A stretch of DNA of 64,000 nucleotides from Geosiphon pyriformis uo1. Taxonomy: Eukaryota > Fungi > Glomeromycota. Below the pieces are notes generated by a model. It was given only the letters and a program-made list of their open reading frames with translations, was not told where the DNA came from and made no database searches. Below, piece by piece: positions 50,375 through 60,731 of this stretch. A program made the translations under genes and the position numbers. The number at the start of each line of letters is the position of its first letter. The stretch's first letter is position 1. The DNA is taken from NCBI GenBank assembly GCA_016748015.1, contig JAAOMT010000076.1, forward strand, positions 1 through 64,000. Direction: 5' to 3'.

Positions 50375-51492
50375 TTAAAGGCTGTCTTGCTCCCGATATA
50401 ACCGCCTTTTTAGTGTCGCCCAGCGATTAAAACATTTGGCCGCATCACGGTTGGGTATTCTTCCGGCAATATCAGTCCATGGCGGAGTAGCCAAACTCTC
50501 AAGTACACTATCAATCAGGATTTGATCTTCATCAGGCGTCCATCCTTCCGGATTCAGGTTACGATTGATATTGGATGTTGATGCATAGGTATTTCGATCC
50601 AAGTCATGCGGATAGCTTGGACTCCAATCAAGAGCTGGCTTTCTCGGGCGACCTGGACCCCGTCTTCTTGGAGTTGAATTAGGTGATGTAAACTTAGGAG
50701 GACGTCCACGTTTTGCTGTAGCGTTCTTAGCAGGACGTCCACGCTTTTTGGGTGTTCCGTTTGTATTAGAGGTAGGCGCTGATGCAAATTGCGCAAAAGG
50801 GGTCGATTCTTGAGGACTAGTTTTAGTCGGACGCCCTCTTTTCGATTGAGGCAAATTTTCGCCAGTAGCTAAACTATCAATTGCGGCTAATTCTTCACTT
50901 GTCTGTATATTTTCGTTGGTGTCTAATTCCTCACTTTTGGGGACAATTGAAGCTTTCTGAACTGCCGAAGGTTCAGATGAAGGAATGGCCGAAATACCTT
51001 TACGTGGCCTTCCACGTTTTTTTGGAGCATTTCCATCAACGGCAAAAGATAGAGCGGTAGCTGATCCTTGACCAATCGGGGAAGATACCGATAATGGATC
51101 AAAAATACTTGGTAGCGCAGTTGATGTTATTGCATTTCCCGCTGGAGAAGCAAGATTACTGGGTCCTGAAGGAATTACGGTTACGCCAAATGGAACAGAG
51201 GATGAAAACGATGGGTCAAGTTGAGCTTCTTGCTCAGCAATTTTAGAGTTATCCATTTTATTTTTCCTTTTAGGATGGTATTCTGGCTGTTTTTGTGTAT
51301 TTGTTTTAAAAAAACAGTATATTTTCATGTTTTTAAAAATTATTTTTTAGTCAAATTTTTTGAGTAAATAACTTTAGAAACAATAAATACCCTTTCTTGG
51401 TCTTGACCGTTTTCTCCAACTTGTTCAGGGTTTCCAAACGTAAACTCCAATCTATTATGACTATCGTCATTAGGCGTGTGCTGCTGAGCCAT
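50375..51492 (-). CDS. Multi-AT-hook protein with a C-terminal Myb/SANT domain (predicted 337 aa, 2 exons)
   Basis: Exon 1 51492-51391 (MAQQHTPN...DQER), GT-AG intron 51390-51287, exon 2 51286-50375. AT-hooks: KKRGRPRK, KRGRPTK, KKRGRPAK, KRGRPPK, GPGRPRK. Myb repeat WTPDEDQIL...WTDIAGRIPNRDAAKCFNRW. CpG-rich, unmutated. The first exon is inferred from splice signals and frame. Confidence 0.85.
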
Positions 51493-52489
51493 GAAGCGAC
51501 GAAAAATGAAATCTTCTCGACAAGATTGAAAGTAATGAAAAGAAGTTTTATAATAATATTGGTATTCTCTGGATTTTCCCGTGGAATAAATATTATTTAT
51601 AAGAACATATTATATTTGTGGTTGTTTTTAAAATGTGTGCATCATTGTTGTTTATCTTAGTTGCCATCAGTCTTTTATCATTGCACGGCCAATCGATCAT
51701 TTAATCAACCAATGGTTGGTAGCCGGGGTGTTATTGCGGCTACCAGTTTAGGTCATACAGCTGGACCCCTAAAAATTATTCATGTTTTACGATAGTATGC
51801 ATGGATTTCCGACTAGCAGCAAGTTTGTGTTTCTATAAATAACTGAGTTTATGAAAGTAGTCTTAATTTTTATATTTTCATTGTTGCTATTAATGAAAAA
51901 TATTTATTGCAATTATTATAAAATTGATTTTATCATAAAAATAATATTATAATTTAAATTTAATAACTTTAAAATTTGTAATTGTTATTTAAAAACAAAA
52001 ATTACATATAAAAATTTATTAAAAAAATTATTATAACATTAATTTATAATTTATAAATAAAAAATAATAATTAAATATTACAAATAACAATTTATAATTT
52101 TAAATATATTAAATTATTAAAAAATCGCAATTATATTATTTACAAATTTAATATAACTATATTTTTATTTATTTAAAAAAATTTAACATAAAATAAAAAA
52201 GTTTTTTTAATTTTGTAAGTATAATTAATACCAAAATAATTTTTATTTTTTCCAATTTTTAAAAATATCTTCAAAAAAATTAACAAAATAATATTATTAT
52301 TACTTAGTTAATTAAATATTAATATTATAAATAATATTATATCAAAATATCAATATATTAAAATATTAAAAATGTTAAAAAATATTTTAAAATATTAAAA
52401 AATAATTAAAAATTTTATAAAATACTAAAATTATTACAAAATATTTCATATTAAAAATATATATATACAAATAATATTAATTAAAACTT

Positions 52490-54161
52490 TTTGTTTTTTT
52501 AATTTTATGATTACAACCAAAACAAAAAGTAAAAAAGCTGCAATTAATATCTTTTTTTTAATATCTTATAAAGTTTTAATCAGAAAAGTTCTCTCTATTA
52601 TAGAAACAACTAAACAGAATATTTTAGAAGCTTTCTTCTTAATTAGTAATAATAAAAAGCTGTTTTTAGTGATTATTAAAGCATTTTTTCTATTTTTGGC
52701 TGGTTTTTATCAATTAAAGTTTTTTCAAAAAAACACATTTAAGTTAGTTTTAGTGTTGTTTTTACTTCTACCAAGAGCCTAAAAGTTTTTAATAGTAAGT
52801 TAATTAACAAGTTAGTTTTTTCAATTATTGCTATTATATTTGATGTCATTAGTACTACTTTTTTAAAAATAGCCAAAAAGACCAAGAATTTCAAAAAGTA
52901 AGAACAATTACTTGCTTTTAATATTATTATACTAAACTTTTTTGTGGTTTTAGATAAAATCTCTATTATATTATCTAATATATTATTTAAGATAAGTCAA
53001 GATTAACTACTGACTGTATTGCTAAATGTGATTTCTTTTAGCAAATTATTGCTGATTTTAGAAGCAAAATAACAATCTTCTGTTTGATTATCTGTTTTTG
53101 AAAACTGAGCTAATCAAATAAAAACTGATTTATCTTTTTTTTTGGTTTCTGATACTCTTACTATTGGTACTTAGGAAACTATTTCTAGTTGTTAAAAATT
53201 TACTGAATAGATAGTCTTTAATCTAATGTTTGATGTTATTTTTAAGATCAAATTAACTTATATTAAGACTGTTTTTTAGTCTATACATGGTTTTTTGAAT
53301 ATTAAATCAGTATTAAAAAACAATATAAAGCTTTTTTATATGGAATTTGTTTTTTAAAAGTCTTTAAAAACTGTATTTTTGGTTAAATTTACAAGTTTTG
53401 TTTATTTGACTACTTTTAAGATTACCAAATTTTTGGTAATTTCCAAGTTTGGTTCTTTTTCTGCTGTTATTGCTTTGTATAATATATTTTTGAGTGTGTT
53501 TACTGTTATATTAAAGACAGTATTTGGTGTTTTTAGTAAAATCACTTATATAGTACTGCAATTTGCTAATGTTTGACAATATATTATTATTTATTTTAAA
53601 GAGTTAAATATTGCTGTATCTGCTTTAAATTATTAATTAGTATTAATGAGCAAAAATAATATTAGAATCTTTTTTTTGGTTAATTAAAATAAGATTATTT
53701 TGTTTTATGATAAGTTTAAAACCAAGTTGGTTAACTTTTTTTTTGGCTGTATTGTCTTTGAAATCAGTAATATAATCTCTTAGGTTGGTAATCAGACTTG
53801 TTTTATTCTTTACTTTTTTAATTTTGGTTATTATTTCTAGTTTGTTTTAGTTATATTTAAATTTCAAACTAATTTGAATACTGCAATAGTTAAAACTAAT
53901 ATATTAAAAAAATGCTGTATTTAATAAGAAATTCTTAGTTGTTAGGACTATTTTAAGTATTAAGAAATAAATTATTTGACTATAGATTGTATGATGTTTT
54001 CACCTCTTTTTTTCAAAAGTCTCAAGATTTTTAAGATGTTTATATTATATTTTATCAGTATTAAGTCTTATGTTAAAGCTTTTGCTTTTTTGAGTTTTTT
54101 TTATTTTTTATTTTTGATGACTTTTGTCTTTTTTTTATGACTGTTGGTGTTTTTTTAGTGT
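52490..54161 (+). mobile_element. ORF1-only (HAL1-like) family, copy 3 (5' part), interrupted by Ty3 element D
   Basis: Start MITTKTKSKKAA at 52507. Collinear with 33409-34220/44060-44870 and 323-770. Very heavily mutated. Confidence 0.78.
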
Positions 54162-57140
54162 TGTTATTAGAGGTTTTTGGTCTTTTTTTTTTAATGTTGT
54201 TAGTGTTTATTTATTGTAAATTCATATTTTTTGAAAACTATTAGACTTTCAATAACTGAATTTATCTTCAAATTATCTCTTATAATTTAAACTGCTAAAC
54301 TTATAAGTAAAATAACCAATTTTATGCCAGTTATTTTATATAATTATATTGTATTAATATCAACTCTTTTCCAAGAATTATTTGTTTAAAAGTTCATTAA
54401 ATTATATAGTTATTTTGCTGTAAAAGTCAATTTTTTTACAGAAATTTTGTCTGTAAATTACTCTAATAATTATAATAAAAAAAATAAAAAAAAATAAAAA
54501 AAATAGGATTTTATTAAAAGAATTGTTTTTGGTTTAAGCTTGAAGTTATTAATAGATTACTAAAATTAGTAGTTAATCAATTTCAAAATATTAATTTGGG
54601 TTTTGGAAAATGTTAAATAAAAATATTTAAGAATTGGTTTTTAAAGTATATTTTATTTTTGAATTGTACTAATAAAAATTAATTTAAAGTAAGATATATT
54701 TCTTAAAAAGCAAAGCTCTTCTTTTATACAACTTATTGTAGTGCTAGTTTATAAACTTAAACTTTTTTTTGTTCTGATTTTGACAAATTAAAGATATATT
54801 TCAACAAACTATAAGTTGTTTTTACAAACTATAAATAATTCCAATAAACTATTAAAATATTTTATAAATTTTTACAAATTTTAGTGAATTTTTGAATATT
54901 ATAGAGTTTAGAATATTGCATAATTTAATTATCATAATTGTGTATTTTACAAATTAGATTATTAATTGGATAATAATATTTGATAATTTGATTAACTAAT
55001 AAGTAATAATTAAAATAATAATAATATATGTTAATTAATAACAAAAATTCTATTAATAATATAATCTTCTCTTTAAGATTAAGCTCTATTAAAGTCCAAA
55101 TACTATCTGTAATATCAAAATAATAATCTAAAATAATTGAAATAATTTGGTTTAAAAATTGTTAAAATTTTAGTTTTGTGAATTTGCCAATATATTAAAT
55201 TTTTATTGGTTAAAGTATTAGATTTTATAAGACGTTTTTACAAGTATTAAATAAGTTATAGAGTTTAAAAGCTGTTCTAAGTTTGTAGTAAGTGTTTATT
55301 GATTTAGCTATTTTTTTGAAATCATTGTAAATTTATTTTTATATAACTTTAAGAGTGAGATTGGTTGCTTTAAGTTCCAGTTTTCATTTATAAAATATTC
55401 TTTCAATATAAAAATATCTAAAAATAAGATTATAATCATAACTTTGCTTATTAAAACACAGTTAAAACTTTTGTTAAGTTGTGGTATTTGGTAAAATGTT
55501 AATAGAAGTAAATAACAGATTTTTTTTTAAAGCTTGCTTCAAAAGTTTTGGCAATTAAATTTTTTTTTTTGCTTTAATAAGTAAAGTCCAAATACTGGCT
55601 AGTTTTATACATCAAGGAAATGATTTATACTAAGTGTAAATCATGTACTTTTTACACATGACTAGCCACTTGGGTCAATTAAAACAACACTATGTAGCTA
55701 TATGAATTGAAACCAGATTACCTATATTAGAAAAAAAGAAACCAAACTGGTAAAAGCCAAAACATATGTCAAAAGTTTCATTGATGCCAAGTAATTTAAC
55801 CACACCAGCAGAAAGTTCCGAAAACAAACTAGAAACCAAAATAGGAACCAAACTGTCAAGAGGAATCAACTTATTCTTTTCCATATAGGTGTGATATTTA
55901 GCACAAACTAACCAGATATTCTCCTGAAAAGCAAGACTAAGAGAGTGCACAAATCTAATAACTTCCAAATTAGCAACCTTGGAATTTCAGAAGACAGACA
56001 CAGCTTCGCAAAACCAATCATCAAAGACAAAGCTCTTATAAAGAGCCATTGAATTTTAAAAGAACTTTTTGTATTCTTTCTGTAAAAGTAATAATTTTGA
56101 GAATTATTTTTTATTAATATTATAGTTTTTTTTTGAGTATAATTAATTTGATTTTTATTAATCATTATAAATAAGTCAAAAAATGTTTTCAAAGTTAATA
56201 TTAATTTTTAGGACATTTGTTAAATGTTTTGGAAAATAATTATGATAAAAGTAATTAAATTTGAGACTAAATTTTGAAAAAAAATTTGAAAAGAAAAATA
56301 AAGAAATATTTTTGGGTATTGAGTTTTTTTATATCTTTTTGGTTTTGGGTTTTTTTTGTAATTATTTACTATTTTATTTTTATGTTTATGTATTTTTAAA
56401 ATAATATTAGATTAAATATTCAAGTTTGGTTGTTGTTCTATTATTACTGTTAATTTCAAATTTTGGTGAATATTTTTAGAATTAATTATAAAAAAAAATG
56501 TATACTAATTTGTAAAATTAATGATTTTGAATTGTTTCTGAAATAATAGTGTTTTAATTAATTTTTATGTGCAACTTTTGCTAAAATTTTGTTATCAAGT
56601 CATAATTTATATGATTTATTGTTTAGTATTTTATGAATATAAAATAGTTTGTCTTATTTATTTTTTATTTTTTCACTCTATTGTTTTTTAGTCTTAGTTC
56701 TGTGTAAAAAAACTTTGTTTTTAACTTTAAATTTATTGGTAATTGGTAGCAATTTGTTGTTATATCATTTTTTTTGTTGAGCTTGAAAATGTTCAATATA
56801 AATAGCTGCTATTTGTTTTTTTCTTTTCAAAATACTAAGCAAAATATAGGCTTTTTATTAAAGTATCTCTTAAAAATTTTCTTTATTAATTGGTTGTATT
56901 GGGTATGTTTTTACAATAAAATTAATTGATAATGTTATTGTTCTTCCATAGATTAAATTAAAAAGTATGTGTTTTGTAATATTTTGTTTTAGTATTTTAT
57001 ATATTAATAACATTAATGGAATAAAAATATCCCATTTCTGTTTAAAATCAGTTGAAACTTTGGCTAATAATTTATACAATATTTGGTTAAAGTGTTCTAC
57101 TAATCTATTTGTTTGGGAATAATAAAGTTATAATAAAAAT
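54162..57140 (-). mobile_element. Ty3/Gypsy element D: 3' LTR (54162-55061), PPT remnant, ORF3 and integrase C-half, interrupted by two LINEs
   Basis: The LTR aligns with the family. ORF3 remnants at 55062-55562 and 56048-56243; integrase remnant in ORF 56870-57079 (LAKVSTDFKQKWD...). Confidence 0.88.
55563..56047 (-). mobile_element. Short 5'-truncated LINE insertion (ORF2 C-terminus, 3' UTR, poly(A)) with a 9-bp TSD
   Basis: ORF 55690-55968 is homologous to the end of 46143-46868. Poly(T) to 55570. TSD ATTAAATTT (55554-55562)/ATTGAATTT (56048-56056). Confidence 0.88.
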
Positions 57141-57147
57141 TTATTGA

Positions 57148-59726
57148 ATATATCTTTCTTTTGTCAATTTTTTGGTCATAATAAAAGTAAAGATTTATCA
57201 AAAAATTAATTAGTCTTTTTTTCTTTTCCTCTTTATATCTCTTTAATTATTTTTTTCAATTTATCTCTTTTTGTTGTAATAAAACTAGTGGACTTTTTTG
57301 CTAATGGTTCTGATTTGGGTTTAGCTGGTTTGGAGATTTGCTCAAGCACTAAAAAAAAATATGTAGAGAGTATTTACTCCTACAATATGTCTTATAAAAA
57401 ACTGAAAAAGCCTAATATAGACATTAATATGATCAACTTATCTATTGGCCCTTTAAGTCTTAAAAATATTAATATTTTTGATAAGAAGCTGATAATGTTC
57501 TAGAGTAGCAAAGCTAATAGTAAAGCCAGTAGTATTAGCAGTTTATTAGACATGAAAAATATGAAAAATATAATAGCTGAAAAAACTAGTTATACAAACT
57601 CAAATAATTCAATAATCAACAACAATATAAATGATATCATGTCACAAAAAACTTGTACTTAAATCTACATATTAGGTCATTTACCAAAAATTTTTTTTTT
57701 TTTGTGGATTTGAGTAATGATAACAATGTTTTAATACTTCTTTTACCTAAATTTAATAGCTTTATACAATTTCTATTGGTTAAGTTACATGTTTTAGAAA
57801 AATAAAGTTTTAATTTAGCAAAGTTATTTACATTGAATATTGAGTTGTCTGTCATATCTGGCAAAACTAATAATAATAATATAAAAAAAAAATAGCTGCA
57901 CAAATTAAGAAGTAATCATTAAAGAGATCCTAATAGATTTTCTCAAATTAGCAGTAAAATTAGTTTTTTCCAAATTTGACAAGATTATTTCAATCAAAAT
58001 ACAGTTTATTAGTTTTTGGAAAAAATTTTTAGTAGAGTTTAAATTATCAGATATTGCTAGTTTGATTGTTTTTAAGTAGTTAGTTTTCATAAAAAAAGAT
58101 TTTATACATATAGTATTGGCTGTTAATAATAAACAATTATGAGTTTTTAGAGATCTTTATAGAACTGTATTATATATTTTGCTAGTTGGTACTACTGTTC
58201 ATGATTTTTCTGGGTTGTTAGAATTATATAATAGGAAAATTTGTTTCATTGGCTATAATCAAAGTTTATATGTATATAACAGATGTATTACAGTTTGTTT
58301 GCTAATAAAACATCTAAAAAGACTACTATTGATTTTATTTCAGTTTTCAAGAATATGAGTTTGCATTGGGCTGGTTTTTTTTTGGTCTATTGTGCTTAGT
58401 ATAAACAATTTAATTATGTTTCTGATATGTGTTTAATAAGTAAGAATTTAAGTAGTTAATTTTTAGAATCAAATTTGTTTGACAAATATATATAAAAAAA
58501 GTAGGCACTAATTGCCTATTCAGTTTTATTTGGTAAAAAAACTTAAGCTCAAATTGCTAGTCATTTCACTTCTTATATAATGCCTTTGAGTTTTTCTGGT
58601 GCTGGTTTATTTTTAGATATTAGATCTCTTTTACCAGTTTTTTTGGACATAAATAGTAGGTTTGTTACTTTTGAATACAGTTTTACCAGTCTTACAGAGC
58701 AAATTAACAAGCTGGCTAAGAGATTAGATGTATTTGGGTCAATAATTTTTCAGTCTAGCCTTGGATATTAGCCATTAGTAATCCCTTTATTACAAAATTA
58801 AGAGGTAGATATAGTAATAAGTAAAAATTTAAGTGCAGTCATTAATGATAAGACTGTTGTGAAAGCAGTAGTTTTAAATCTGATGGTAATCACAAAATTG
58901 GAAAAAAACATAAATAACTTATTAAACATAATTTTAGGCCTAATAACCAAAGTAAAAAATACTGGTTTGTGTTCTAATTTTTATCTTTTCCTATGACTGA
59001 TCTTATTTGGAAGATAGTTACATATAATGTTTAAAATTTAACAATCCTGCCAAATAAGAAGATATCATTCATTGGCATAAAGATATAAACAATTTAATTT
59101 TTATAGTTATTAAAACAAAATTGAAAGATAGGATTTGTTCTTAAATCATTAACAAGTTTAATAGAGTTTGGATGTTTACTTTTGGTTTGAAATCTGGTTA
59201 TTTGAATTCTAGTGTCACAGTTATCATGAATATTGAATTGGTAAAGCATGTATACAAGATTTCAGAAGTTGCTAATAGGCTTTTGTCTATTAAATTACTT
59301 TTTAAGAATAATTTTTCTTTTTTAATTTTGAGGCTATATATTGGTACTGTCTTGGCTGTTTACTTAGCTCAAGCTGATAAAATCAATTCAGTAATTGCTA
59401 AGGCAATAAACAAATTTTCATTTGTAATTTTGGGTAGTAATTTCAATAAAAATAGTTCTTGTAAATATGTTAGTTTCAAAAAGTGCCTTGATTTGGGGCT
59501 GATTAATTCTTTGACAGAGAGTTTAGTTGTAAAAATCATAACATAAAACAAATTCTAGGAGTTCTAAAAAACAATTGATTTTATCTTTGTATCTGCAAAT
59601 TTAATTAACACAATAGTAAATCATAATATTTTGAATGTTGGAGAACACTTTAACACTAATCATCAGATTGTTTTTATGTCTGTAGAACTAAGTGGTTTGC
59701 TAGATATTTATTTAAACAGTTTTCAT
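57148..59726 (+). mobile_element. LINE (5' UTR, ORF1, APE endonuclease) inserted in the integrase of D and interrupted by Ty3 element C
   Basis: 5' UTR/ORF1 homologous to 17525-19540; ATGA at 58993-58996; APE motifs (ILGSNFN, KTIDFIFVS, FNTNH). Confidence 0.88.
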
Positions 59727-59942
59727 TGTTACCAGACAAAATTAGAGATATTGTTTAGCATAAAATTACCCTTATAAATTTTATCATTAATTAGCATATA
59801 TTATTGTTTCAAATTATTACTTATTATATTAGCAAAATGTCCGAAATTATCATTTAATTAATAACCCAATTTGTACATAACACAAATGTAACCTAAATGT
59901 GATGATCAATCATGCAATACCCCAAAATATATAACATTCAAA

Positions 59943-60056
59943 AGTTTGCCAAAATTTGTAGAAATTTGCCGAAATAATTGATAGTTCACCAAAATATCTA
60001 ATAGTTCATAGAAATAACTTGTAGTTTGCCGAAATGTATCTTTAGTTTAGTGAAAT
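59943..60056 (+). promoter_or_regulatory. LTR U3 array of six ~AGTTYGCCGAAAT motifs at 20-bp period, upstream of a TATA box at 60107
   Basis: Motif starts at 59943, 59963, 59983, 60003, 60023 and 60044; equivalent arrays occur in every LTR of the family. Confidence 0.6.
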
Positions 60057-60715
60057 TGTAGAAAAGAGCAAAGTTCAAGTTCATAGAATAGTGTTACGAC
60101 AAGTTGTATAAAAAAAGAGCTTCTTTTTTTGAGAAAATGTATCTTACTTTAGATTTAATAATTAAAATCATCCTTTATACACAAAAACAAAAATAAATAT
60201 CAAATAAATTCGAAAAACCAAATTCTTAAATTATTTCTCTTGAAATTAACCAATTTCTACTAACAGTTTGAAATTAATTAGTTACCAATTTCAGTAGACT
60301 ATTAAAGCACTTCCAGGCCTGGATCCGAAATGACTTCCATAAATCATCAGTTTTACTTTTTCTTTTATATTTCTTTTATTCTCTTTCTTTCCTTATTATA
60401 AATCATTTGGGTAGCCTACAGACAAAAATTTTTAAAGAAGAGTTGACTTTCACAGCAAAGTAACTACACATTTTTAGTGAGTTTCTAGATGAGCAATTCC
60501 TGGGAAAGAGTTGACGTTTACTACAATGTAACTATACAAAGTAACTAGCACAGAATTGGCCATTCCACTTATAAGCTTAGCAGTTCAAATTATAGGAGAT
60601 AATTTAAAAATAAATTCAGTTATTAGAGATTCAAACACTTCCCATAATCATAAATTAACAGCATTACAACAAACATACAAGAGCTAAGAAGAAACCAAAA
60701 ACCTCCAGTAACATT

Positions 60716-60731
60716 TGGTGCTCTCCCATGG
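60716..60731 (+). other. Primer-binding site of element C (TGGTGCTCTCCCATGG), containing the gag ATG
   Basis: Begins with TGG 2 nt after the LTR end; conserved in A and B. The priming tRNA was not identified. Confidence 0.75.

Noticed and set aside
50375-51328. ORF-track start (MKIYCFF...) for the AT-hook gene
   Set aside because: That Met lies inside a predicted GT-AG intron (51390-51287); an upstream in-frame exon starting at 51492 fits better.
59943-60056. CRISPR-like or iteron array
   Set aside because: Degenerate 13-bp motifs with 7-bp spacers inside a eukaryotic LTR; no cas genes.
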